A DNA stretch of 64,000 nt from Podarcis muralis (taxonomy: Eukaryota), in assembly GCF_964188315.1 (NCBI RefSeq), contig NC_135667.1, positions 16,802,001 through 16,866,000 of the forward strand, in the 5' to 3' direction. The translations under genes were made by a program, and so were the position numbers. Numbering within the stretch: the first letter of the stretch is position 1; every line of letters begins with the position of its first letter. Below the pieces are notes generated by a model. It had not been told where the DNA came from. It ran no database searches and worked only from the letters and a program-made list of their open reading frames with translations. Shown in pieces: positions 37,397 through 49,359 of this stretch.

Positions 37397-38229
37397 GTGA
37401 GGAAGGGAGCCGGCCTGAAATTCAGCAGAAGTGGGGCAAAACAAGGTTTTTTGGGTAGAAAGGAAGGGCAGGATTATTGGGCTGCCCTGGAGCAGAGTGG
37501 GGTGTAGTGTACAGATTCACTGCCCCAGATTTCTTTATCATGGTTCAGATACATATACACTAGAACCATTCATGGTCTGTCCTTTTCATCAATGACCAGC
37601 TGACTCCTGTCAGAACCAGTCTGTGCCTTGCAGTCATCCGGGGAGGAGGGTCTGCTTTGGATTCCTGTGCCTACTGAGATCATGTGAGTGGTGTCAATGG
37701 TTTGGGCCTCTTCAGTGGTGGCACCCAGATTTTGGAACACCTTCCCCAGGTCCATGTTTTAGGTATCAAGTAAAAACATTTTTGCCCTTGCTGTCTTTAT
37801 CTTAAGCTGCTTTAAAGGGTGGATACGTTTACACTTAGGTTGTGTTTTTAGTTCTGTTTTGTCATTGTGGCTCCCCCCCACCCCGGTATTTTTTGAAAAA
37901 ACATTTTAATAATTAAGTTATTCTGATATGTAGCTTGTAAGCTGATGGTTTGTAAGGTGCCTTGAAATGCTTTTGATAAGGCTGGGATATTTTCCACAAT
38001 TTGTTCTTTGTTGCTATCCCACCACTGCGGATACAAATCATTCCAAGGCGCTTTACCAGTAATTTTGTAATAAAATTACAACGAAGACTATCCAAACAAA
38101 ACAGGATCCTTTCTGCAGCCCAGTTGGTGGTAGGTGGCCCAGTGGTAGTGAAGGAGGGCAATCCAGGTGGAGCAGGCTCCAAGGTCCAATAAACACATCA
38201 AATAAATTAAAAACATCCTCCCCACACAG

Positions 38230-38335
38230 AAGCATCAAAAAGACCATGTCCATCTTCCAGTGATGCAGGCCCTGAAGCCAAGAGACCTTGTCCAGAGGAG
38301 GAACAGCCCAGCTTGGTTGAAGAGAAGCCATTCAG
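38230..38335 (+). CDS. KIF22: KIF22 coding exon 6
   Basis: cacacag|AAGCA...TTCAG|gtgag; phase 1 to 2; AGPEAKRPCPEEE resembles human GPPEAKRARGPEEE. Confidence 0.8.
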
Positions 38336-38495
38336 GTGAGACACCAAACATTTTATAGGCTTTGGTGAAGGGGCAAGCAGTGCTTCTGTGGTGCAGTCAA
38401 ATTCTCTCCTGCCACTCCACCCTTAAAGCGCTGAGCAGCTCTCTCTGGCTTGTTAGAAAAGGTAGGCCCTACTTTCTGGTCTCTTTCCCCACCAG

Positions 38496-38673
38496 TTCCT
38501 TGCTGCCGATGGAGAATCTTGAGCCGGCCTTGGCTGAAAAGCTGCTGCACTTGGAGGCCTTGGAAACACAGCAGGCTGGGGCAGAGAGTTGTGCGTTGCC
38601 CCTCCTCAACACCCCACGCAGCGAGCGGCTGGAATTCCGGAGGCTGCTGGAGGAGACTCGGCGTGAGCTGCAG
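38496..38673 (+). CDS. KIF22: KIF22 coding exon 7
   Basis: ccaccag|TTCC...CTGCAG|gtgaa; LEPALAEKLLHLE...LPLLNTPRSERLE. Confidence 0.88.
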
Positions 38674-39511
38674 GTGAAGGCTTTGTTCTTTATGTCCCAC
38701 CGTGATCCCTCAAAGACTGCAATGGGCTACTTCCCGTAAACAAACACAATGCCTTGTTTATTGCACGGTCTGCGGGTTTCATTTGTTGATTAAATTTTTA
38801 AATTTCTATGTGTGGTTACTATGTTTCTTCCCTTACAGCAGCACATTTTTCTTTTTTTTTAAAGGTTCTGAAGTGAGTGGCAGGCAGTAAATAGCAGTTA
38901 ATGGGTGGATCCAAGGACTGAAAACTATGAAAGGGGCAGGAAAAGTGCACTAAAGGGAAAGTGAGGGAACAGCAGCTCTTTTTTTTTTAGGACTCCAGGG
39001 ATTCCTTTTGCCTGGTGTCCAAACAACTCGCTTATCAATCACAGCTCCAATTTCATTCATTGCCTACAAACAATGACGGGCGAGAGCAGCCAAGCTGGTT
39101 CAAGTCAGTTACCTGCACATTTTGCTTCTTAGGTTTTTTTTCTAGGAGGACTATTGTTGCTGTTGTTGTTTTAAACTCAGGAGGCCCTGCCTGGGGTGCC
39201 AGTGAAGCCTTTGCCAGGGCAACTCTGGTTAAGCCAATGGCTCCAAGGTAAAGGCCAGCTTTGAAGGAAGAAAGAGATGTAGCACTAAGTAAGTCCTGCA
39301 GGAGGGGATTCTTATATAAATTGAACTGTGTCCATCTTGCACTGAGAACCTGCTTCATTATGGCCCTGGCAGTCTATACAGTTGGCACCGCAATACGATC
39401 CTTATTGTGCTGGGAACCTGATGGCAGCCCCACACATGCCTGGAGGTCACCGAACACACACCCTGTTCCCTCCATCTAAATCTGCTTATTATGTTCTTCC
39501 TCTCCCTACAG

Positions 39512-39632
39512 AGGCTTAAGAAGAAGCAGCTGGAAATGGAAACCAAGGTTCTGCAGGACAAAGAGCATGGACGTGGTTCATGGGTGCCTGCCAAACGCCA
39601 AGGAACAGCAGTGGTATTGCCCTTCCAGCAAG
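39512..39632 (+). CDS. KIF22: KIF22 coding exon 8
   Basis: ctacag|AGGCTT...CAGCAAG|gtaaa; RLKKKQLEMETKVLQ...AVVLPFQQ. Confidence 0.88.
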
Positions 39633-39721
39633 GTAAAAGGGCGCTGGGTCTGGAAAGCAGGACTCCCTTTTCATGCTCCTTCCTCCTATGACATCACAGC
39701 TCTCCTTCCTTACCTCTCCAG

Positions 39722-39798
39722 TGCAGCACCTGGAGAACTCTGAGAACGAAGATAGCATCATCATTGTAAAGCAAAAGAAGGGAGGTCGAAAGAAGAAG
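39722..39798 (+). CDS. KIF22: KIF22 coding exon 9
   Basis: ctccag|TGCAG...AAGAAG|gtgcg; SIIIVKQKKGGRKKK, a basic NLS-like stretch. Confidence 0.85.
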
Positions 39799-40344
39799 GT
39801 GCGTAAGGGGGTTTGTTGAACTTGGGGCTGGTGATGGTTAACAGGTGTCTATACCACTTAGGTTTTTGAGGCAGTTTACAAACATGGTTGAATAAAGTTA
39901 TATATGGATTCCGCCTGGGCAGGCTTCCCCCCATAGATCTTCTGCCCGAGAACAAAGAACAGATTCCCTTACCTATTGCCTGTTGTTGGTTCATGTTCAG
40001 ACTGCCTCAGTCTTAGCAGTGCGGCAAAGATCAGCCTTACCCAGAAGGATACACATCTGCCCTCACCCACACACCGTGTTTCTGAATCAAATCTGGGAGT
40101 GGAACAGGTAGCAGTAGACAGATGAGAAAAATCAGGGCTGTTCCTGCTGACCACATGTTTTTCCTCCTCTTCCATTTTAAGCAAATTTAAATTCTTACGG
40201 GTAAGGTTGGTGGGAAGCAGCCTGAAATGGTTTATTCCAGGAGCAGAAAGAAAGTAGCTTTGCGAGTGTCTTGAGGGAGCCAGATCAAAGTTCTGGACTC
40301 ACTGCCTCAGACCAGCAGTCTCTCTCTCAGCTGTTAGGCACAGG

Positions 40345-40676
40345 AAACGTTTCTGCACATGCCCAGACACCGAAAATTGCTTCTGCAAGAGGCAGAGGCT
40401 GGCGGCGGCGGCAGTGGTGGAGGAGGAACGAGCAGCCCAAAAGGGCTGCTTTCGAGCTGCTCGTTCCTCCTCCATCACCGCCGACAGCCTCTGCCACTCG
40501 CAGAAGCAATTTTCGGTGTCTGGGCATGTGCAGAAACGTTTTCCAGAGCCACGGAAGAGAGTCAGCGCACTGTGCTGGTTTAGCGCAGCACGCAGGGACT
40601 CGCCGAGCAGGCAGCTCTGTTCAGGGGCGGCTCGTGGGCTGCTTCCGGCCCATGGGCCTTAGGTTGCCTACTCCTG
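40345..40676. mobile_element. Partial hAT-Charlie-like element containing a 197-bp palindrome
   Basis: Inverted repeat at 40345-40541; right TIR AGGTTGCCTACTCCTG ends at 40676 and is followed by GTCTAGAT; left end not found. Confidence 0.6.
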
Positions 40677-41095
40677 GTCTAGATCATCAGCCTGAGAGAA
40701 GTGATTTTTGTAAGCCTCTCTGAGTGTGCGTTCAGCTAAAGGCAGGGTTATAAATGCTATAAATAAGGTGGCTCCGGCAGTTTCCAGTGGGCCTGCTTCA
40801 GGGACATGGCTGTCAGCAGATTCCAAAAACCCTGACAGGCCTGTGAAACAAGAGAAGGTAAATTCAGCAGCGGCAGTTGTCTGTCTTATCTTCTGGAGAA
40901 CTTTATTCTGCATGCCTGATATCTCATTGAAGAGCCCCTGAGAAGTAAAAGGCGAAAGATTTATACGATCTGAGGAGAAGCCAGGGTATGTTTGTGATTG
41001 GTGGATTCAGTGAAAGAATATGAGATGAGGGCCAGTCAGGAAACAGACGGGTACAACACGACACCACTTCTTATTATGATTCATGCTATATCCAG

Positions 41096-41299
41096 GATTC
41101 GGCCCCTGGCTCTGAAAACAAGGTTCCCTCTGAGTGGGAGATGGTGCTTCAGCCTGAACTGATGGCCCGCACCAAGGAGAACATCCTGGCCATCCTGAAC
41201 ACAGGCTCTGTGAAGGATCTCATGGCCCTGCACCAGATTGGCAAGAAGAAGGCAAATCGCATTGTGGCCTGGAGAGGAGAGCACGGGTCCTTTGAAAAG
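41096..41299 (+). CDS. KIF22: KIF22 coding exon 10 (HhH)
   Basis: atccag|GATTCG...GAAAAG|gtaagt; ILAILNTGSVKDLMALHQIGKKKANRIVAWRGEHGSF. Confidence 0.93.
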
Positions 41300-41707
41300 G
41301 TAAGTGGGCTCTGAGGGCAGAGCTGCTCTTCCATCGTTTGAGGTGTGTGCAGGTGCAGCTACTGTGCAGAGGAAATTAATCCTCAGGTAGGAGGTAGGCC
41401 ATGCAAGGCTTTAACACATTCAGACCTGGCTCAAGTTCAGAGCATTGAAGTCTAGTGGGCAGAACATTAAAGTCTTGGAGGAATCCTGCTTTAGCCTTTA
41501 GCTCAGCAGGGATCCTTGGAGTTTGGAATACTGGCTCATTCTCAAATCTGGGAGAGGAAGGAAGCAGCACCCTATTCTTGTAAGAAATGGGTTGGAATAA
41601 AGGTCCATCTAGTCTAATGTTTTTGGAGCAAGCCAGAAGCTTCTAGAAAGCCCACCAGCATAGCACGACAGCAATATTTCCTACCCAGCAGTTAGAATTG
41701 GGAGGCT

Positions 41708-43250
41708 AATAATAATAATAATAATAATAAATTTATTATTTGTACTCCGCCCATCTGGCTGGGTTTCCCCAGTATATTAAAAACATCAAACATTAAAAAC
41801 TTCCCTAAACAGGGCTGCCTTCATGTTGTTGTTGTTTAGTCGTTTAGTCGTGTACGACTCTTCGTGACCCCATGGACCAGAGCACGCCAGGCACCTCTGT
41901 CCTCCACTACTTCCCGCAGTTTGGTCAGACTCATGCTGGTAACCTCGAAAACACTATCCAACCATCTCGTCCTCTGTCGCCCCCTTCTCCTTGTGCCCTC
42001 CATCTTTCCCAGCATCAGTGTCTTCTCCAGGGAGTCTTCTCTTCTCATGAGGTGGCCAAAGTACTGGAGCCTCAGCTTCAGGATCTGTCCTTCCAGTGAG
42101 CACTCAGGGCTGATTTCCTTAAGAATGGATGCGTTTGATCTTCTTGCAGTCCATGGGACTCTCAAGAGTCTTCTCCAGCACCATAATTCAAAAGCATCAA
42201 TTCTTCGGCGATCAGCCTTCTTTATGGTCCAGCTCTCACTTCCATACATCACTACTGGGAAAACCATGGCTTTAACTATACGGACCTTTGTTGGCAAGGT
42301 GACGTCTCTACTTCTCAAGATGCTGTCTAGGCCTGTCATTGCCCTTCTCCCAAGAAGGAGGCGTCTTTTAATTTCGTGGCTGCTGTAACCATCTGCAGTG
42401 ATCATGGAGCCCAAGAAAGTAAAATCTCTCACTGCCTCCATTTCTTCCCCTTCTATTTGCCAGGAGGTGATGGGACCAGTGGCCATGATCTTCGTTTTTT
42501 TGATGTTGAGCTTCAGACCATATTTTGCGCTCTCCTCTTTCACCCTCATTAAAAGGTTCTTTAATTCCTCCTCACTTTCTGCCATCAAGGTTGTGTCATC
42601 TGCATATCTGAGGTTGTTGATATTTCTTCCGGCAATCTTAATTCCAGCTTGGGATTCATCCAGCCCAGCCTTTCGCATGATGTATTCTGCATATAAATTA
42701 AATAAGCAGGGAGACAATATACAGCCTTGCCGTACTCCTTTCCCAATTTTGAACCAATCAGTTGTTCCATATCCAGTTCTAACTGTAGCTTCTTGTCCCA
42801 CATAGAGATTTCTCAGGAGACAGATGAGGTGATCAGGCACTCCCATTTCTTTAAGAACTTGCCATAGTTTGCTGTGGTCGACACAGTCAAAGGCTTTTGC
42901 ATAGTCAATGAAGCAGAAGTAGATGTCTTTCTGGAACTCTCTAGCTTTCTCCATAATCCAGCGCATGTTTGCAATTTGGTCTCTGGTTCCTCTGCCTCTT
43001 CGAAATCCAGCTTGCACTTCTGGGAGTTCTCGATCCACATACTGCTTGAGCCTTCCTTGTAGAATTTTAAGCATAACCTTGCTAGGGCTGCCTTCATATG
43101 TTCTCTAAAAGTCAGGTAGTTGTTTATTTCCTTGACATCTGAGGGGAGGGCGTTCCACAGGGCGGGCGCCACTACTGAGAAGGCCCTCTGCAGAATGCTG
43201 CAGTGTGATTGCTGACAGGAGTGAGGCCTTGTCAGTGGGTAAAACCTGTG
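41708..43250 (-). mobile_element. L2 LINE 3' end, split by the BovB insertion
   Basis: (TAT)n tail at 41708-32; 3' UTR CCCAGCCAGATGGGCGG; resumes after 43084 with AFSVVAPALWNALPSDVKEINNYLTFR. Confidence 0.8.
41825..43083 (-). mobile_element. 5'-truncated RTE-BovB LINE with an uninterrupted RT reading frame
   Basis: 412-aa ORF with QAGFRRGRGTRDQI, QGCILSP, LRYADDTT and GVTKSRTRLND*; (CAA)n tail; 14-bp TSD AGGGCTGCCTTCAT at 41811-24 and 43084-97. Confidence 0.95.
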
Positions 43251-43257
43251 CTTGGAG

Positions 43258-43745
43258 ATCTGCACTGGTTGCCGATTTCCTACCAGGCCAAGTTCAAGGT
43301 GCTACTATTGGTATATAAAGGCCCTTAACAACTTGGGACCAGTTTACCTACAAGATCGTCATGCCCCACATATTTCCATTCAATCGGTTAAATTGGCAGA
43401 ATTGGCAGTACTAAGCTGCCGCATAATACCCGTTCTGCATTTGTAAGAACCCGATTGTTTAATGTGGCAGCATCTGCACTTTGGAACTCCCTGCCTTCTG
43501 AGATCAAGAAGTGCCTCCACAGTATTCTTTGGCGCTTGCTAAAAAACATGCTTGTTTAGGCAAGCCTACCCAGATGCTTAGGAAGTTGAGGTAATGTTAA
43601 TCTGTTTTAGTATTTTAACTTTTGTGTGCTTTACAGCAGGGTTATGAATATTTCTCCATTTTCTTGTTTTTATCTTTTTGTAAACCATTTTGAGGTTGCA
43701 ATTTTTAAAAAATCAAGTGGTGTATAAATTTTATAAAATATATAA
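43258..43745 (+). mobile_element. L2 LINE 3' end
   Basis: LHWLPISYQAKFKVLLLVYK..LNNLGPVYLQDR; 3' end GTGGTGTATAAATTTTATAAAATA. Confidence 0.8.
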
Positions 43746-43993
43746 TAAATATTACCTTTGAATGTGGAGGTTTCATTTAGCTACTGTGGCCAGTTGGCAG
43801 AGACTGGAAATGCCAGGTGCTGAGTAAAGCAAAATGCTCTACTACTGTAGTATTGCTATTCCCTCAGAATATTTTTTTTGCTGTGGACCTGAGATCTATG
43901 GATGAGGGGTGGTATACAAATTTAATAATTAAGTATCTTCATGACTTTGCAACTTTGTGTAACCTACACATTTCTCCTTCCTCCTTTTCTCAG

Positions 43994-44053
43994 GTAGAGG
44001 ACCTGGGGAAAGTCGAAGGCATCTCCGCCAAACAAGTAGCTTCTTTTCTGAAG
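43994..44053 (+). CDS. KIF22: KIF22 coding exon 11
   Basis: tctcag|GTAGAG...CTGAAG|gtgtg; VEDLGKVEGISAKQVASFLK. Confidence 0.92.
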
Positions 44054-44836
44054 GTGTGTATTTAATTCAGTTCCGTCACTGTGGCTATAAGCTTATCTGG
44101 AGTAGAGGCCATTGCATTAGATGAATGGAGTGTTATCCTCAGATGGCAGATGAATAGGTAGAGAGGGGAAAGTGTAAACAGAAGTGTAAGTTTGTCATGA
44201 AATGCAAGGGGGACAGCAGCCTATTAGCTTAATGTACAGTGACAGAAGTTGCTATCCAGAACTTTTTCTACCTGTCCCTCGGGAAACAAGTAAAAAAACA
44301 TCCTGCCTCTTTTGAGCTTGGCAGACTGGCAGGTGTCGGATCAGTCTCTCTGTCTCCCTGCTTCATTTCCCTCCTTTCAGAGCCGGCATAGAAATCAAGT
44401 AGGCTGGTGGGGGATGATTTGCTTCACCCCCCTCATATTACTCCATCCCTCATATCAGCCTACCTACATTATTATACTGGCCACAAAAGAAAGAAAGCTC
44501 ATTCCTCTGCAGCCAACATAGAGATTAGTGGGTCCCTACCTTCCCCACCAGCCAGCTTGCTAGCCTGAATGGAATTTCTTATTGCCTGTGGCAGCTTTTT
44601 GCCTACCTCATGCCCTCCAGCTGTCCAAAACAGGCACCAGGCAGGTGAAAGCTGGCCTGTGGTGTCCAAGTGAGTATTTAAAACGCAAGTCCGAGATACA
44701 GGTTGTGATTATTCTTTGTAAAGCTTAAATGTATGCATTGTAATCTAGTATGCACTGGATTCAAAAGGTGCTAATGTTACAAATAACGGAGGAATTAAAA
44801 TTCTTGCTCTTCTCTCTCCCCTACCCCCTTTCCTAG

Positions 44837-44872
44837 GTAAATATCCTGACCAACATTGGAAATCTTCAGTAA
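44837..44872 (+). CDS. KIF22: KIF22 terminal coding exon
   Basis: tcctag|GTAAATATCCTG; VNILTNIGNLQ*; ATTAAA at 44905-10. Confidence 0.8.
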   Translation, partial: VNILTNIGNLQ

Positions 44873-45049
44873 CTGGAAAGCATCTTCTCCCTACATTGAT
44901 TTTTATTAAAAGTGACTTGGGTTTTTATTCTGTTTTAGCTTTGGTGCATTTAAATATATTAAGCATATAAAAGTAGTACAGAAAACTTGTACATCTCAAA
45001 TGGTTATTTTATATTGCCGCCACCAACTTCCTACTTTTGGTTACAAAAA

Positions 45050-45365
45050 GAAAGAAAGAAGAGCCTTGCTGGATTGTAACAAAAGCCCATCAAGTGTAGT
45101 ATCCTCTTCTTGCAGTGGGCGTTCAGAGACCCTGTGAGATGCCTGCAACAGCAACTCTCTGCACCTTGATTCCCAGCAAATAATAGTCAGAGGTATGCTT
45201 CCTTTTGACACTGGAAGTACCAGATAGCCCTCGTGGCTGATAGCCTTATCCTCCATGAATTTGTTAAATTCCATTTAAAACCATCCATGTTGACTGCTTT
45301 CACTATCCTCTCAGAACAAATTCCCAGGGAAACTCCTTATATGAAGAAGTACCTTCTTTTGCATG
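45050..45365 (-). mobile_element. Old CR1 3' end
   Basis: AAGAAAGAAGAGCCTTGCTGGAT...TCCTCCATGAATTTG...ATGAAGAAGTAC, typical of reverse-strand CR1 3' ends; weaker relatives at about 708-790 and 41570-41700. Confidence 0.55.
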
Positions 45366-45677
45366 AAATCAGTGCATAAAAGATGCCAAAATCAAAGTGA
45401 GGAGGAAACCTCACATGAGGGGATATATATTAGGATGAATAAAAAAGAAAGTGTTGGAGATACTTAGGATTGCTATTTAAATGTATTACCCACTCTTCGC
45501 CATCAGGCTCCCAACAATTAAATGTCTGTATTAAAAGAAGTTTATTTTATTTTTAAAATAATTTCCAAACATTAAAATGCAGAGTTATTTGGAACCTTTA
45601 GACTTCCCTCCATGGGTTCCATCTTTAAGATTAAATGTACTACATCTTTTACCCTTATCTATCTATTATATATATAA

Positions 45678-46035
45678 GGGACGTGGGTAGCGCTGTGGGT
45701 AGAAGCCTCAGCGCCTAGGGCTTGCCGATCGAAAGGTCAGCGGTTCAAATCCCCGCGACGGGGTGTGCTCCCGTTGCTCGGTCCCAGCGCCTGCCAACCT
45801 AGCAGTTCGAAAGCACCCCCGGGTGCAAGTAGATAAATAGGGACCGCTTTCTAGCGGGAAGGTAAACGGCGTTTCCGTGTGCGGCTCTGGCTCGCCAGAT
45901 GCAGCTTGTCACGCTGGCCACGTGACCCGGAAGTGTCTCCGGACAGCGCTGGCCCTCGGCCTCTTGAGTGAGATGGGCGCACAACCCCAGAGTCTGGCAA
46001 GACTGGCCCGTACGGGCAGGGGTACCTTTACCTTT
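45678..46035 (+). mobile_element. Full-length Sauria SINE (CCCGTACGGG subfamily)
   Basis: GGGACGTGGGTAGCGCTGTGG...GGGGTACCTTTACCTTT; TSD ATCTATTATATA at 45661-72 and 46036-47. Confidence 0.92.
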
Positions 46036-46990
46036 ATCTATTATATAACCATAATTACCATTAAAACAATTCCACATTAAAAATGTCTTCACATCCCTGC
46101 CAAAGATTTTAGCTGTTTACAAACTTACTCCAGTCTTTAGAAAATACTTGATCTTCCTGGTTTCGGATCTTCCCAGTCAGTTTTGCCATTTCCGCATAGT
46201 CCATCAATTTCATCTGCTATTCTTCTTTTGTTGGTACTTCTTCCTTCCATCTCTAGGCTAGTAGCATTCTTGTTGCAAACATAAAAAGTCTTTTATCTTA
46301 TCTTGGAAACTCTTCACCTACAATGCCTAATAATAAGGCTTCTGTTTTTTTAACAAATGTATTCGTAAACATTTTCTTTAATTCATTATACTGTATATCA
46401 TTTCCCAGAAAGCCTTTACCAATGTACATGTCCACCACAAAAAGTGCCCTCTTTTTCTTTACATTTCCAACACAGTTTAGAACTTGTTTTGTACATTTTA
46501 GCAATTTTACTCGGTGTTAGATACCAACGATACATCATTTTCATATAATTTTCTTTCAATGAACAGAATGCAGTAAATTTTATTTCCTCTTTCCATAACT
46601 TTTCCCAGGATGAAAGTTGGATATTATATCCAAAGCCTCTAGCCCAATGTAGCATCACTGCCTTAACTTCTTCATCTTTTGTATGCCATTCTAAAAGTAA
46701 TTTGTACATTTTTGATAGCACTTTCACATTATTTTCGAACAGATCTGTTTCAAACCTCGATCTCATTGTATCAAACCCTTTCTTTTTGTCAACTTTAAAA
46801 ACATTTAATTGGTGATACTGTAACCAATTCGTTAACCATTCTCTAATATTCTCATTTTTTTTCAATTTTAATTGGTCTCACGTCTCTTTTAACAAATCTT
46901 AATAGGTGACCCACTTGCCTCTCATATTCACTTTTTTAACTGAAATTGCTTCTAATGGAGAGAGCCACCATGGTGTTCTTCGTTCTAATG

Positions 46991-47212
46991 CAGTCATACT
47001 TCGAGTTGCGAACGTGATCCGTGCGGGAGGCATGGTCGCAACCTGCAGCACCGCGTTTGCGCACATGTGTGACGCGATTTGGCGCTTCTGTGCATAGCGC
47101 AATTTAGTGCTTCTGTGCATGCGCTGAAACCCATTCTGGTACTTCCGGGTTTGGCGCGGTCTGTAACACAAAAACGCGCAACTTGCAGCGTTCGCAACCA
47201 GAGGTATGACTG
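46991..47212. mobile_element. Tc1/mariner (Tigger-like) MITE
   Basis: CAGTCATACTTCGAGTTGCGAAC / GTTCGCAACCAGAGGTATGACTG; flanked by TG (mutated TA) and TA. Confidence 0.85.
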
Positions 47213-49274
47213 TAGATTCTTGTACCTATCCCATACCTCATAGATTGATTTTCTTATTAAATGGTTCAGGAATCCTTTATGTACTTTTGTTTTATCGTAC
47301 CACAAATACGCATGCTACCCAAATCTATTATGACCCTCCAGATCTAATAAATCTGTGTTTTTTAACAAGATCCATTCCCACAACCAGCAGAGGCAGGATG
47401 CTTCATAATATAACTTCAAATCTGGCAGGGGTGGGGTCCTAAAAACACACATCTAAGGTGTCAAGATGTCTTTAGCATCTGCTGAAAGCTGTATAGTAAA
47501 GGTGCTAGACACCTGTCAGGTGGGAATTCCACAGCATAGTGGTTGACACAGATTAAGATTCTTGTTCCACTGTAAGTGGTCAGAAGTTCTGGTCTTAAAA
47601 CTTGTGTGATGACTTTAAGCTTTTTTTTTTTTTTTTTTTTTTAAGCCAGTGATTCTCAAACATCTGTTGGATGAGGGTTTATCTTCCCAGAGCTGAATGA
47701 TGGGGACAGACCCAGCTGTAACAGTTTACTTCTAGCGGGGTGGAATGCTCAGCCCAGCACATCATGTTTTTGCATGAGGTACTGTTTGCAACATCCTATC
47801 TCACTGGGAGGCAAATGCAGAGTGCTGACAGAGGCAGAGATGCAATAAGCAACTGTGACTATGCATTTCTGCTTTGTCTTTGCCAGGAGTGCTTTAATTG
47901 ATCCTCACGCCAAGTGAAAGGAGAAAGCCTTCCTCCTGCAGAGGCTCACTGCAGGATTTGTTTCCCTGGCACTCTCCCCTGTGGGCATCTGGGTTTACAA
48001 GAGCCTTGAGCTCCTTAGTTTCTCAATAAATCTATTTGGCCACTCAGTTTCATGCAGAATGCTCTCAACACAATTATGGCTTTGAATTCGTTTCAGAGCA
48101 AATACATGGGACCCGAAGTTGATGAGAGCAAAAGTGTTAAATGATGAGTGACAAAAGATAAGAAAATATCATGTTAATGACCAAAATCAAGATCTCCTTA
48201 TACCAACTGCTCAGTAGTCTCAGTGGAGAAGTTACATTAATATGTTTGAATATTGAATGTGTAAGTGTATGTCTAGAGACAATGGCTAGAACAAACACCA
48301 TTAGCTGTACTGCAGGATAAGCTGTACTGCTGGGTAATTGTATTTGTTTAAAAACAATAAAAAATGCTTTTTAAAAAATCAGAAAAGATCAGCAGCAATA
48401 GGGAGAGGCACAAAAATATTACTTGACTGTGAAAATTGAAGCCTTAAGAGAGAAAGATTCTAAGCACAAAGCACTTATAGAACCTTACCTGACTGCTGAA
48501 GCTTAGAAAAGCCCCAAATGCCCAAGGGCAGGGGCAAAACTAGGCTTTATTTCATAGGAGTCAAAAGACCCTTTCTGGCACCTCCTCCACACATAAACAC
48601 ACACTGGGAGTCTCAATGGCACCCTGCCAAGGGGAAAGTCTGATCAATCTGGGGTGTTTATATTTACCATATGAATACTTCTTGCTTCGTCTTGAACAGG
48701 GCAGCAACTGCAAACAAAATAGGCCAGAGCCTCATTAAGAGTTGTGGGGCAGGATGCTGTTTATTGTCCTGCATATGGCAGCATGTTTGGCAAACCCTCA
48801 CCGTGATCAACTCCCACCTGGAAACGTCCCCACTGTGGAAGGATGGGTGGATCCAGAATTGGCCTCCATGGTCACTTACGGACTCACTGTCGAGACTCTG
48901 TTCATGAAAGTCAATCTTACCCGGCTACAATTGATCGCCAAAGATGGCAGCATACCATGTGGCAGTTGCCCATGCCCCTGGGGTTGGCCTTCACCAGGGC
49001 ACTGAGCCTTTAGTGTGAGCCAACACTGCCCTGTGGAACTCCTTGCCAACAGAAGACTGGTGGGAGGTGTTTGGATGGGCCTTAGGAACTTCCATTTTGT
49101 TTTACCAGCCAGGTTTATGGATATGCTGGTGAAGCTTTTCTATTTGCATTGCTGAAGCCTCTGTCTTCGCTTACACACACTCACGTTCCGAAAATGCAGT
49201 TTATGAACATTTTAAGGAACATACCCCTTCAAGAGGGAAAGATGTGAACCTGGACGAAGCCATGGGAACTGCTG

Positions 49275-49352
49275 GAGGGGCGTGTAGAATCATGGAGCTG
49301 GAAGGGATCCGAGGGTCATCTAGTCCGACCCCTGCAATGCAGGAATCTCAGC
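49275..49352 (-). repeat. CR1 3'-tail fragment
   Basis: TAGAATCATGGAGCTGGAAGGGATCC...TCTAGTCCGACCCCTGCAATGCAGGAATCT; a + strand copy lies at about 50972-51045. Confidence 0.7.
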
Positions 49353-49359
49353 TAAAGAG

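Larger units (their letters stand above)
33674..44872 (+). other. KIF22: KIF22 (kinesin-10/Kid) gene, 12 coding exons, about 617 aa
   Basis: The 12 exons total 1854 nt in frame. Motor motifs GPTGAGKT, SSRSH, DLAGSE and [13 protein letters not shown], then a coiled coil and a C-terminal helix-hairpin-helix. Confidence 0.95.
45545..47400 (-). mobile_element. L1-type LINE 3' fragment, interrupted by a Sauria SINE and a MITE
   Basis: WEKLWKEEIKFTA...ENYMKMMYRWYLTP..IAKMY...CWKCKEKEGTF; YNELKKMF...ALLLGI. Confidence 0.82.

Noticed and set aside
38429-38495. In-frame upstream extension of KIF22 exon 7 via an AAG acceptor
   Set aside because: Weak acceptor. The real exon at 38230-38335 has homology and correct phases, and 38496 has a much stronger polypyrimidine tract.
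41864-42805. + strand ORFs of 174 and 135 aa
   Set aside because: Antisense frames of the BovB RT.
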